This document shows positions 29,356 through 38,796 of a DNA stretch of 64,000 nt, piece after piece (position 1 is the stretch's first letter; every line of letters starts with the position of its first letter). A program made the translations under genes and the position numbers. The stretch is taken from positions 1,394 to 65,393 of the forward strand of contig JAPKYE010000072.1 of the NCBI GenBank assembly GCA_026394495.1, given 5' to 3'. Source of the DNA: Methanobacteriota archaeon. GTDB lineage: Archaea; Thermoplasmatota; E2; DHVEG-1. The notes under the pieces were generated by a model that worked only from the letters and a program-made list of their open reading frames with translations, made no database searches and was not told the origin of the DNA.

Positions 29356-30015
29356 TTATCCATAACATAATAACATATTGTTAATTGTATTACCATAGAG
29401 TCTTTCTATAACTGGTTCTAATTCTTGTCTATGTTTATCTACTGTTAATTTTTTCAAATATTTACAGTGAAACCAAGTAGGTATCGCTATTACATAAATA
29501 TCTGATATATGATGCCAACTTATTGATATACCTTTAGGATAAGGATTTGGCATTACTTTAACAAATCCTAATCCTTTCTTTCTTGCATTATTCTGTGCTA
29601 CAATTTCTTTAATATAAGTTATATGTTCTTCTCTATATTTTAGACCATATTCTCTAAGTTGTTTTTTATGTTCTTGGCAGTATTTCTTACCAAGTTCTCT
29701 TATCTGTTTTTTATGTTCTAATCTATATTTTTTATCTTGTATTCTTCTTTGTTCTATATGTTCTAAATAATATTTTCTATGATTATCTCTTCTTTGTTCT
29801 ATATGTTCAAGTCTATACTGTTTGTGATAGTTTTTGAAGATTTCTTTATGAGATTCGTAGTACTTTTTCCTAATTATTTTTAGATGTTTTCTGTGTTTTA
29901 AATAATATTCTTTTATCTGTTCCTTATGTTCTAGATTATATTTCTTATGATAATCTTTTATCTGTTCTTTGTGTTCTAAATTATATTTTTTATTGTACTC
30001 TTTTTTATTAAACAA
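29356..30015 (-). CDS. Lys-rich repeat protein with C-terminal HNH-like domain
   Basis: 14-aa repeats (KKYNLEHKEQIKDY-like); WHHI...IAIP...H. Confidence 0.65.
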   Translation of the reverse strand: MFNKKEYNKKYNLEHKEQIKDYHKKYNLEHKEQIKEYYLKHRKHLKIIRKKYYESHKEIFKNYHKQYRLEHIEQRRDNHRKYYLEHIEQRRIQDKKYRLEHKKQIRELGKKYCQEHKKQLREYGLKYREEHITYIKEIVAQNNARKKGLGFVKVMPNPYPKGISISWHHISDIYVIAIPTWFHCKYLKKLTVDKHRQELEPVIERLYGNTINNMLLCYG

Positions 30016-30126
30016 TTCTTTCCTTCATAAGATATTTAGTGCCACAACGATAACAAACAAACTCACTATTGTATATCTCACCATCATTCGCTCCGCATTT
30101 CCTACAGATTATGAAAACCACCTCTA

Positions 30127-30588
30127 TTAATACTCCTTTAAAATATAACCTAATTTTGTCTTTACTATACCATCATTAGGTACATCTTTACAGTCTTTGC
30201 ATCCATCTTTAGATTTGTTTAGAATGAATATCTCTTCATTATTCGAGTTTGAATCCTTAGAACATAGATAATTAAGCAGTATCAAATCTTTATGAGTTTC
30301 ATCTGACAGAATACCATCTTTTGCTTTAACAATGACCTTATCTAAAACAGTACTAATATTAGTCCTATTGAGACTCAAAGCGTTATTCATAGTATCTAAA
30401 AACATCTCAGGGTTATCTCCTTCCTTAAATGAAGAGATAGTATCAGCGTGATTCTTTCCGATAGAGCAATTTAATCCTTCTCTTGAACTAATTTTCTCTA
30501 ATAGTTTGAGTTTATTTGCTTCCCTGTTTTTGATATCTATAGCAAGTTGATTTAAACTTGTAGTATCCACCATTATATTCCACTCCAT
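30127..30588 (-). CDS. Hypothetical protein
   Basis: 153-aa ORF in the element operon. Confidence 0.55.
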   Translation of the reverse strand: MEWNIMVDTTSLNQLAIDIKNREANKLKLLEKISSREGLNCSIGKNHADTISSFKEGDNPEMFLDTMNNALSLNRTNISTVLDKVIVKAKDGILSDETHKDLILLNYLCSKDSNSNNEEIFILNKSKDGCKDCKDVPNDGIVKTKLGYILKEY

Positions 30589-31103
30589 TCTTCTTTTTTC
30601 TTCTGGTGTACATTTTGTTCTTGAAAGGTGTATCCTGAAATTCCACCATCTCTAATAACTTCTTTACTTTTAGATTTCATTGATTCATCTACTCGTTCTC
30701 GAATTTCTTGAGAGGGTAGATGATTTGTGTCAACTGGTCGGGTATATAATGTTCCTGTTCCAGTCTTTTCTTGTACAATGAAATCCTGAACTTTCTTCTT
30801 ATCTACATCTATGTTTAGTGTCATATTTTTTATCTCATTATTTCTTAACATTTTAACAGTATTCTTGAACTCCTTAGAGTTCTTTATTTCATTCAAGAGT
30901 GCATCCTCTAAAGATATGGATGTTTTAGTTACTGGAATAGCATCTTTAGATACTTGCATCTGTTTTAGACATCGTACATTCTCTAATCTTGAAGAATAGT
31001 CATTTAGTTTTGAATTATAGGAATCTCTAAGATTAGTTAACTGGTTTTGTAATAACTTCACTTGATTTTGAAGGTAATTCACTTTCTCGTTTAAATCGTT
31101 CAT
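30573..31103 (-). CDS. Coiled-coil hypothetical protein
   Basis: N-terminal heptad repeats. Confidence 0.6.
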   Translation of the reverse strand: MNDLNEKVNYLQNQVKLLQNQLTNLRDSYNSKLNDYSSRLENVRCLKQMQVSKDAIPVTKTSISLEDALLNEIKNSKEFKNTVKMLRNNEIKNMTLNIDVDKKKVQDFIVQEKTGTGTLYTRPVDTNHLPSQEIRERVDESMKSKSKEVIRDGGISGYTFQEQNVHQKKKEEWSGI

Positions 31104-31275
31104 TTATTTCCTTTAGTATAATACTACATTTCTTACAGATTGATTGAGTTTTTCCATCAATATGGAATATATTAATTCCATCCCTTTGATTTATATTTTC
31201 AAGTTCTTCTTCATCTTTTAATTCTATATTGTTACTATCTTGGCACATCCTACATTCTAATTGAATAAATCTCAT
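31033..31275 (-). CDS. Small Zn-binding protein
   Basis: CRMC...CKKC. Confidence 0.55.
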   Translation of the reverse strand: MRFIQLECRMCQDSNNIELKDEEELENINQRDGINIFHIDGKTQSICKKCSIILKEINERFKRESELPSKSSEVITKPVN

Positions 31276-31442
31276 ATGCTATCCTATAATTTTATTATAC
31301 ATTTTAGACAGGTGTGGAGGCATATGTTTTATAAACCCTGCCTCCAAATGGGTTATCTCCTCATCTTACCTAAATGACGTAGGATGGCTCCTAGGCACCC
31401 TGTTCCACAAATAAGATGAAGATTGAGTATGTCTGTGGAACT

Positions 31443-31745
31443 CTAAATTATTGATGTTAGTAATTCATCGAGATATTGGACTTTGAAATTCTCTAAAGAT
31501 TTGAGTTGTGATAAGAATTCATCTTCTGAGATTCTTTGTTTTAGGATTTGTGATCTCCATGTATTAACCTGTATTAATTTAATCAAGAAATCTCTACATT
31601 CATCATTTTCAAATCCTTGTATTTTGAGATGTTCAAAGGTGTCTTTAACATCAGTATCGCTCTTTAGCAATTCATCCAGATATGGCTCAACATCTCCTAA
31701 CTTTTTCGATAACTCTTTAGTAATTTGATTCCAATCCATTTTCAT
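31443..31745 (-). CDS. Hypothetical helical protein
   Basis: 100-aa ORF with AGGAG upstream. Confidence 0.6.
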   Translation of the reverse strand: MKMDWNQITKELSKKLGDVEPYLDELLKSDTDVKDTFEHLKIQGFENDECRDFLIKLIQVNTWRSQILKQRISEDEFLSQLKSLENFKVQYLDELLTSII

Positions 31746-32382
31746 CTCCTATAGTGGTAAAGGAAGGTGATTTTGCACCAAGGCACCTTCAACCTTGCTT
31801 TTCAGATTGATAGTTCCAGATATATTATATTAGGTGTAGGCATTGAACACAATGACCCTAATAATCACCACATAAATCTATCAATGTGCAAGAACTCCAA
31901 AGAAGTGGTGACACGAATTAACTCCCATATTTATTGATATAGATATTTGCCTGACAATCAGGACATATATCTACAGGAGAATCATCTGACAAGTTCTTCA
32001 TCCCACAGATTTTACATCTCTTCATATCAATTCTAACAATCTACAATATCTATAATAATACAACATCTATAAGTTTAAGAATATGAGAGGATGTAGATAC
32101 CGTTTAAAATCATATATTTCTATATGCCCATCTGGGAATCTACATCTATTAGTTTTAGATGGATATGGTATGAACTCAAGAGATGGCGAATCTCTTGTTC
32201 CTTGTGAATGATGCAAGGAATCGAAATATGGGGTAAGATGCATTAGTATCCTAACCCCCCTTTGGATATCAAAGGAATCGGAAATTAAAGAAAGTTAGGG
32301 GATAATCCCCTGTAGAGATGTGTCTATCTGAAAGGCAATTACATAAAGCAAATAACACCATAAACTTCTATATCTGCATTAT

Positions 32383-32401
32383 TATAATTTATGGATGCAT
32401 A
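32383..32401. repeat. att site of the 13.8-kb element
   Basis: Exact 19-bp match to 18605-18623. Confidence 0.85.
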
Positions 32402-32549
32402 ATTAAGAGGATATGCACGTGTAATATTCTCCGATTAATACTATAATTACCATTCAATGATCGTTTAAAAAATTCATTAAAAATAAATTTAGCAATTTCC
32501 AAAGGTTTAAAATAGAATTATAAAGAGCCACGTAATTCTTTTTAGTGCA

Positions 32550-34100
32550 ATGACCGAAAAAGATGATCATACGATAGCTGATTTAATTCACGACGAAACA
32601 TTTGATATGGATCCTGAAGAGATACGTAAAATTGGTTATCAAATGGTTGACCTTTTGGTCGAGTATTTTAAAGATATGCGTACCTCTGCAATTCTGCCTA
32701 ATAAAACTCTTCAAGAAATGAGTAAATTAATTTATGAGCCATTACCACAAAATGAACAAACTGCGGATAAGATTCTTGATGAATGTAAAAAAAAGATCAT
32801 GCCTGAGATGATTCGTATTGGTCATCCTCGTCTTCTTGGATGGATTCTTTCATCAGGAACCCCTGTTGGAGCATTTGCTGATGGTGTTGCAAGTGCATTG
32901 AATCAAAATGTCTCTGTATCTGGTGCAGGTATGGCAACCGCAGTTGAACTTTTGGTTATTGATTGGATCAAAGAAATCATTGGATATGATCCTTGTGCGG
33001 CTGGTCTTTTGGTCAGTGGTGGTTCTCTTGCGAATCTTACCGCGCTTACGGTTGCCCGCAACATGAAAGCTAATTTTAATGTGCGTCACTGCGGCATGAA
33101 ACAAGACAGATTAGATAAAAACATGGTTCTCTATGTTTCGAAAGAGGTTCATGTCTGTGTACCTAAAGCAGCGAATATTCTTGGTATTGGGACAGATAAT
33201 ATTAGGTATGTGAACGTAGATCACAATCTTCGTGTTGATACAGAAGATCTGAGGAAAAAAATTGTTGAAGATCAAAAAAATGGTTTACATCCGTTTTGTG
33301 TAGTTGCATCTGCGGGAACCGTGAACACTGGTGCTATTGATCCGCTGGAATCAATTGCTGATATCTGTAAACAGTATGATCTTTGGTTTCATGTGGATGC
33401 AGCGTATGGTGGTTTTGCTGCGCTTTCCTCTCGTCTGAAACCGTTACTGAATGGTATTGAACGGGCTGATTCTATTGCTATTGATCCTCATAAGTGGTTG
33501 TTTATTCCTTATGAGGCTGGTTGTGTTCTTGTGAAAAATTCATCGTATATGAAGCAGACGTTTGCTATGGGTGCAGAGTATATTCATGCAAATACTTCAC
33601 CTATTTCAAATGAGGATGTTGATTTTTCTGATTATGGTATTCAGCTTTCTCGAAATTTTCGTGCGTTGAAAATATGGATGTCTCTTAAACAATATGGTGT
33701 ACTTAAGTATGGGAGACTTATTGATCAGAATGTTCATCTGATACAGTATTTTGCGGCATTGATCAATGAAACAACAGATTTTGAGACACTGACCGATCCT
33801 TGTTTAAGTATTATTTGTTTCCGTTTTTTTCCTACGGATTTGCAAAAGATGTATAATGATTCTTCTTCGATTCAAAAGGAAATGATTTCTGAGTATCTCA
33901 ATGTACTAAATCGTGATATTATAGAATGTATGCGTAGGGATGGACGAATATTACTATCCAGTACGATTCTTGGAAAAAGATTTGTTCTTAGGGCATGTGT
34001 TGTGAATTATCGAACAACGAAAAAAGATATTGTTATGATTCTTGAGATAGTACGCGAGTTAGGAAGCAAGTCGGATAAAAAGCTTCGCAAGCCGTTTTAA
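32550..34100 (+). CDS. Group II PLP-dependent (aromatic) amino acid decarboxylase
   Basis: SGGS.AN, AGTVNTGAIDPL, WFHVDAAYGG, DPHKWL. Confidence 0.92.
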   Translation: MTEKDDHTIADLIHDETFDMDPEEIRKIGYQMVDLLVEYFKDMRTSAILPNKTLQEMSKLIYEPLPQNEQTADKILDECKKKIMPEMIRIGHPRLLGWILSSGTPVGAFADGVASALNQNVSVSGAGMATAVELLVIDWIKEIIGYDPCAAGLLVSGGSLANLTALTVARNMKANFNVRHCGMKQDRLDKNMVLYVSKEVHVCVPKAANILGIGTDNIRYVNVDHNLRVDTEDLRKKIVEDQKNGLHPFCVVASAGTVNTGAIDPLESIADICKQYDLWFHVDAAYGGFAALSSRLKPLLNGIERADSIAIDPHKWLFIPYEAGCVLVKNSSYMKQTFAMGAEYIHANTSPISNEDVDFSDYGIQLSRNFRALKIWMSLKQYGVLKYGRLIDQNVHLIQYFAALINETTDFETLTDPCLSIICFRFFPTDLQKMYNDSSSIQKEMISEYLNVLNRDIIECMRRDGRILLSSTILGKRFVLRACVVNYRTTKKDIVMILEIVRELGSKSDKKLRKPF

Positions 34101-34126
34101 TAAATATTTTTTTCTGTAAAACGAAA

Positions 34127-34609
34127 TTAAATTTCCTTGTATTCAAATTGTTTATATTTTTGTTTTATTTCTGGTGATATCTTCCACAGATGTGCTAGTA
34201 CCGAGAGGGGAATAGTGTTTGCCTCCTTTTTTGCTTGTTGAATTTCCTTTTCAGTTAAATACGGAAAAAGAGGGCATTTTATAACAATGCAGCTTCGTTT
34301 ATTGTTTTTATAGCGGGGAATAACCGGCCAGACTTTGCATAAGATTGGTTTTATTGTATGGATTTCACATGAGCAATCATCTTTTAGATAGGGGCATGAA
34401 TTGTTTTTGTTTGTTTGTATCTCATAGATTCCTTCATCAATTTTGATGAAATGATCAGTGAACCCTGCGTTGATGATATCTTTTTTTTCTTTTTCTGTTA
34501 TTGGAGGTTTGACTTGTTGGCAACAGAAGGCTTGGCATTTTTCACATACCATTAAAAATTTATGAGATATCGGCATAAAAAAAGAAGTATTTGACTTCCT
34601 TATAAACAT
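34127..34609 (-). CDS. YkgJ-family CxxCxxxCC protein
   Basis: CEKCQAFCC, CPYL...C.IH..KP..C...P. Confidence 0.85.
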   Translation of the reverse strand: MFIRKSNTSFFMPISHKFLMVCEKCQAFCCQQVKPPITEKEKKDIINAGFTDHFIKIDEGIYEIQTNKNNSCPYLKDDCSCEIHTIKPILCKVWPVIPRYKNNKRSCIVIKCPLFPYLTEKEIQQAKKEANTIPLSVLAHLWKISPEIKQKYKQFEYKEI

Positions 34610-34693
34610 TACCCGATAGTATATTATAAAAAAGCAAATATTAATATAGTGGTGAAGAGAACAATATAGTATAGTCTTGTTGGAGTAAAAACA

Positions 34694-35896
34694 ATGGATC
34701 TTGAACGATTACTATTATTGATTTCTACAAATACATACGATTATCTTGATAGTAATCGAGAAATCATAAGATCTGAACTTAATCGTTTAGGTATTTCTTC
34801 AAAGGATCAACCAGATCTGATGGAGAAAATAGTTAAAATTACTAAGATTGTGAATAACCCAAAAACTAGGGAAAGTTATCTGCAATCGTATTTCCGAGTG
34901 TTTCAGGAAGGTATCGATGCTGATGGCCGGGGTAGTTCGATTATTATTGAGATTACGAAAAAATGTGTAAAAAACTGTGCTCATTGTTATTCGAAGTTTA
35001 GTGGGAAAAAACAAGAAATGTCAGATGATACACTTGATGCCATTATCAGTTACGCACGATCTCATGTGAAACATATTTTTTTGACTGGTGGAGAGCCAAC
35101 AATGGATCCCAGGGTATTTGTTCTTGCGCAAAATAATCCAGATATACTGTTTTTTGTTTTTACCAATGGCAGCACAATGACTGATGCGTATGCAAAAAGA
35201 ATATCTTCTTTTGGGAATATCATTCCTTTACTAGGCATTGATGGAGGTTCAGCTTATGCACATGATATGTTAAGGGGAAAAGGAAGTTATGCTGAGGTGA
35301 TGGATGCAATTGATCATCTCAATAAAAACAATGTTTCCTGGGGGTATATTAGTTTAGTGACAGAAAAAAACGCGTATAATGTACTTGGTAAGAAATTCAT
35401 TAATGATAAAATTAAAAAAGGTGCTTTTATCGCCCGGTACCTCGAATATCTTCCTGTTGGTCCAAAACCATTGAAGGGTCTTATTCTTTCTGGGGAGACG
35501 TATTATTTTCTTGAAAAACGGAAAAAAGAGATTATTAAAGCAGGTAGTATTTATATTCAGGAGACTATGCAAGAAAAATGCAATGGTTTACTGTATTTTG
35601 ATGTCGATGGTAATATCAAAAACTGTTTTTGTTTTCATTACGCAAAATACAATGTAGCTGATGGTGATATCAACACGTCGATACAAAAGACACGCAAAGA
35701 ATGGACGTCTTATTCATGGGTTGGTGAATGCCCGCTTTATGCAGATGCAATTCTATTCAAGAATCACTTAGAAAAAATTGGTTGGAAGCGGATTTCGTTT
35801 CGTGATGAAGAATATCTTAGTAATCCTGATATTGCTACATTGCTTACACGAAATTATAAACGTTTTTTAGAGATAAAAGCACTGCAAGGATTATAA
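34694..35896 (+). CDS. Radical SAM protein
   Basis: CVKNCAHC, TGGEP, FTNG, HD..RG.GS. Confidence 0.92.
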   Translation: MDLERLLLLISTNTYDYLDSNREIIRSELNRLGISSKDQPDLMEKIVKITKIVNNPKTRESYLQSYFRVFQEGIDADGRGSSIIIEITKKCVKNCAHCYSKFSGKKQEMSDDTLDAIISYARSHVKHIFLTGGEPTMDPRVFVLAQNNPDILFFVFTNGSTMTDAYAKRISSFGNIIPLLGIDGGSAYAHDMLRGKGSYAEVMDAIDHLNKNNVSWGYISLVTEKNAYNVLGKKFINDKIKKGAFIARYLEYLPVGPKPLKGLILSGETYYFLEKRKKEIIKAGSIYIQETMQEKCNGLLYFDVDGNIKNCFCFHYAKYNVADGDINTSIQKTRKEWTSYSWVGECPLYADAILFKNHLEKIGWKRISFRDEEYLSNPDIATLLTRNYKRFLEIKALQGL

Positions 35897-35995
35897 AAGC
35901 ATAATAATCGATAGATTTTTTAATATCTTTGATAATTTCATCCTTAAAGATTGCTGATGAATATCTATAGATATATTTTTAAGTGAGTAAATGCT

Positions 35996-36400
35996 TTGAA
36001 ACATTTGGCGATAAGAAATATGAAAGAGAAAAATTTTGTTGTCCTTGACAATGAAGATGAGAAAGCCGTTCAGTTATTCGCTGAGCTTGGAATGCCAAAA
36101 AATCTCGCAAAAACACTACTCTATATTTATCAAGTTGATGAATGCAAGACTTCAGATATTGAACAATGTGCAGATCTTCGACAACCTGAGGTGAGCGTTG
36201 CTATCAGGGAATTACGGAAGAAAGGATGGATAAAAACAAGGTACGTGAAAAAGAGCGGTAAAGGAAGACCCAATCATGTCTATAAACCTGCTACGACGTT
36301 ATCAGATGTTATGAAAACTTTTGAGCAGGAGAAATTAAAAGATGTTGAAACCATTCAAAACGATATGGTAGAACTAGAACATCTTCTGAGTAATCGTTGA
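35996..36400 (+). CDS. Winged-helix transcription regulator
   Basis: LGMPKNLAKTL, LRQPEVS, GKGRP..VY. Confidence 0.85.
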   Translation: MKHLAIRNMKEKNFVVLDNEDEKAVQLFAELGMPKNLAKTLLYIYQVDECKTSDIEQCADLRQPEVSVAIRELRKKGWIKTRYVKKSGKGRPNHVYKPATTLSDVMKTFEQEKLKDVETIQNDMVELEHLLSNR

Positions 36401-36511
36401 ATTCTAAACGTATATTTTTGTTCTCGTGGTTTTACCTTCTGTTATGAAATATTTTAAGGATATGTTTTTAAAGAAATAAGGAATGTTTGTTTAAGAATCG
36501 GAGGATTATTT

Positions 36512-36943
36512 ATGAAAGATAAAAAGAATTTTAATATTACTATTAGTGAATGGATAACTTTTTTACAGATAGAAATCTCTACAAAAAGTAACCATATTTC
36601 TTTATTACATTCATTAACAACAGATCAAAAAGTAATGATGTCTACATCTATATCGTTATTGTTAGTTGGTATTTTAGCATTTATTAATGCAACAACACTT
36701 TCTATAATAATAAAAATGGGTTGCATTCTTATTGTACTTATTATGTTTTTATTGTTTCTTTATCTCAATAATCAATATTGGAACGATAAATTCTTTAAAG
36801 ATTTAGAACAGAATTCTATATATATTGCAGATCTTAAACAAATTTTCGCAAAAATTCTTGAGGAAGAATTAACGGAGACTACAGAAGTTAAAAAAGAATA
36901 CATGGCGATTGTTAACAAAAACTTTATAAAAAACAAAACCTGA
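36512..36943 (+). CDS. Hypothetical two-TM membrane protein
   Basis: GGAGG upstream; two hydrophobic segments; very AT-rich. Confidence 0.65.
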   Translation: MKDKKNFNITISEWITFLQIEISTKSNHISLLHSLTTDQKVMMSTSISLLLVGILAFINATTLSIIIKMGCILIVLIMFLLFLYLNNQYWNDKFFKDLEQNSIYIADLKQIFAKILEEELTETTEVKKEYMAIVNKNFIKNKT

Positions 36944-37078
36944 TTAAAAACCGTGTTAATCATTGACCGCTCATGGTATATAAAACTATCATTTTCTGAG
37001 GTTCCATGGAAAAATAAGATTTCGTTATAACCTGTAATCTCTCATTATTATGCCATTAAACGGTTCCTAAAAATAAAG

Positions 37079-37142
37079 CGCCGTCCGCCGTATGCAAACC
37101 TTGGGTATAGTTTATACCATCAAGAATGGTGAGAAAAAGGGA
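37079..37142. repeat. Cassette junction: tRNA-Asn core plus left arm
   Basis: 12-bp core plus 52 bp matching 39941-39992 at 46/52. Confidence 0.9.
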
Positions 37143-37411
37143 CGGTTTTGATATCTTTTTCCTATTATTTAACGTAACTTATGTTTTGTACTAATGGATC
37201 CTTTACATTCTTACAGAATTTCGAATCGATTTAAAGCCACTGGGGGAAATAATGAGCATAATTAATAGCTCGCAGAAAAAACAGCTATAATGTGCTTTAA
37301 CGGTAGATAATTAAGTGATTGAAGCCCCTTTTTACAAAAATTATAAATATAACATCCGGTGTAAAATAAATACTGAGAATAGAGACGGATAATTTACATT
37401 TAAATTCTTAT

Positions 37412-38770
37412 ATGACTAAAAGTTGGAACGGGGGAAGTAAAATTAAACTCAATAAAGCAAATGATAGTACACTCATTGGATTTTTCCCGATCTTTTGGAG
37501 TACGGGAGAAACCATTCCTTTAATAAAAATTGCTCAATCATATATGAAACAGGGTGGAAAAGCAGTATTCTTTAGTCATGGCGGTAAATATGAATATATG
37601 GCGGAAGACATTGGTTGTGAAGTTATTTACCTAAATAGTTGGTGGAAAGATTATTTTCGTAAAGGAAAAAAATTGATAGAAAATGGGGTGAAGGCTGAAA
37701 AATTCTTTACTAATCAATTTGATGAAAAGTTTATTGAAAAATCTATCAAAGAAGAAAAGGAAGCGTTTCAAAAAACTGGTGTTAAATTAATTGTTAATAC
37801 CTGGAATTTAACCTGTAGTATTTCTACAAGGGCTCTTCACATACCTCTTGTTGTCGTCATTTCAGGAACAACCATCCCACCTTATTTTAAATCAGGTTTT
37901 GTGACGTTTCCAGATAATTATGAAAATATGTTTACGAAAATGTTCCCAGCATATATTAAAAATCGTTTTACACAATGGTTTTTATTAAATAATAAATTAC
38001 TTGTACGACGATTTAACAAATTTTCGAAAGAATATAATATTTCGTCGTTTAAATGTTTAAATGATATTATTTTAGGAGATCATAATTTTGTATGCGATGA
38101 CATACATTTTTTAGGATTGACACCAACGAAAGAATTTCCTTTAAAAAATTATATTGGCCCAATTTTTCATGGAAATATCCTAAAAGAACAACAGGAACAT
38201 ATAAACCAAGATATTATGAATCATTTGAAAAAACCAAGGAAATCTATTCTCTTATCTATGGGGAGTATTCCCGACAGGCATTTATTTTTAAAGGTTTTAA
38301 ATGCACTTAACGAAACAGAGTACAATGTGATTGCGATATATACAAAGACGCTGAAAAAAGATGAACTACCGAAAACTGGTGAAAATATCCTTCTTCAAGA
38401 ATTTGTGCCCTCAGTAACTAATCTTCTGAAACAGGTCGATTTAGCGATTATCCATGGTGGACGTGGCACTGTATACTCAGTCGCATACTCAAGCAAACCT
38501 GCGATTGGGATACCAGCGTTATATGAACAACAATACAATATTGATTGTCTTGTACGACATGGATCAGCGATTAAACTTTCAAAAAAATATTTTAACCAAA
38601 AATATTTACTTAAAAATATCAATTATATTTTTAATCATTACTCAACATTTTATGAAAATGCTAAAATTTTAGCAACAAAACTTACTAAAGATTGCGGGGA
38701 AAAAAGAGCATCTGATAGACTTGTTCAGATAATCAATTCAAATCAAGGATTTACAAAGGTATCTGAATAA
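37412..38770 (+). CDS. GT-B fold glycosyltransferase (GT1/GT28-like)
   Basis: LSMGS, FVP...L...DLAIIHGGRGT, P...EQ..N. Confidence 0.88.
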   Translation: MTKSWNGGSKIKLNKANDSTLIGFFPIFWSTGETIPLIKIAQSYMKQGGKAVFFSHGGKYEYMAEDIGCEVIYLNSWWKDYFRKGKKLIENGVKAEKFFTNQFDEKFIEKSIKEEKEAFQKTGVKLIVNTWNLTCSISTRALHIPLVVVISGTTIPPYFKSGFVTFPDNYENMFTKMFPAYIKNRFTQWFLLNNKLLVRRFNKFSKEYNISSFKCLNDIILGDHNFVCDDIHFLGLTPTKEFPLKNYIGPIFHGNILKEQQEHINQDIMNHLKKPRKSILLSMGSIPDRHLFLKVLNALNETEYNVIAIYTKTLKKDELPKTGENILLQEFVPSVTNLLKQVDLAIIHGGRGTVYSVAYSSKPAIGIPALYEQQYNIDCLVRHGSAIKLSKKYFNQKYLLKNINYIFNHYSTFYENAKILATKLTKDCGEKRASDRLVQIINSNQGFTKVSE

Positions 38771-38796
38771 AAGGACTATCATAATTTTTCATTGAT

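Larger units (their letters stand above)
18605..32401. mobile_element. 13.8-kb integrated element (provirus remnant or satellite-like)
   Basis: 19-bp direct repeat tataatttatggatgcata at 18605-18623 and 32383-32401; terminal integrase; 12-bp inverted arm-like sites at 18662-18673 and 32338-32349; many short minus-strand ORFs. Confidence 0.88.

Noticed and set aside
29640-30010. 42-bp periodic repeats as a CRISPR or DNA repeat array
   Set aside because: They are in-frame 14-aa coding repeats of the HNH-like protein
30573-31103. Capsid protein N-terminal (delta) domain
   Set aside because: Only a generic coiled coil, too short, and no HK97-fold sequence follows
31350-31445. Stop-codon readthrough signal after the UAG of ORF 31443-31745
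   Set aside because: The readthrough frame ends after about 30 codons and joins no downstream ORF
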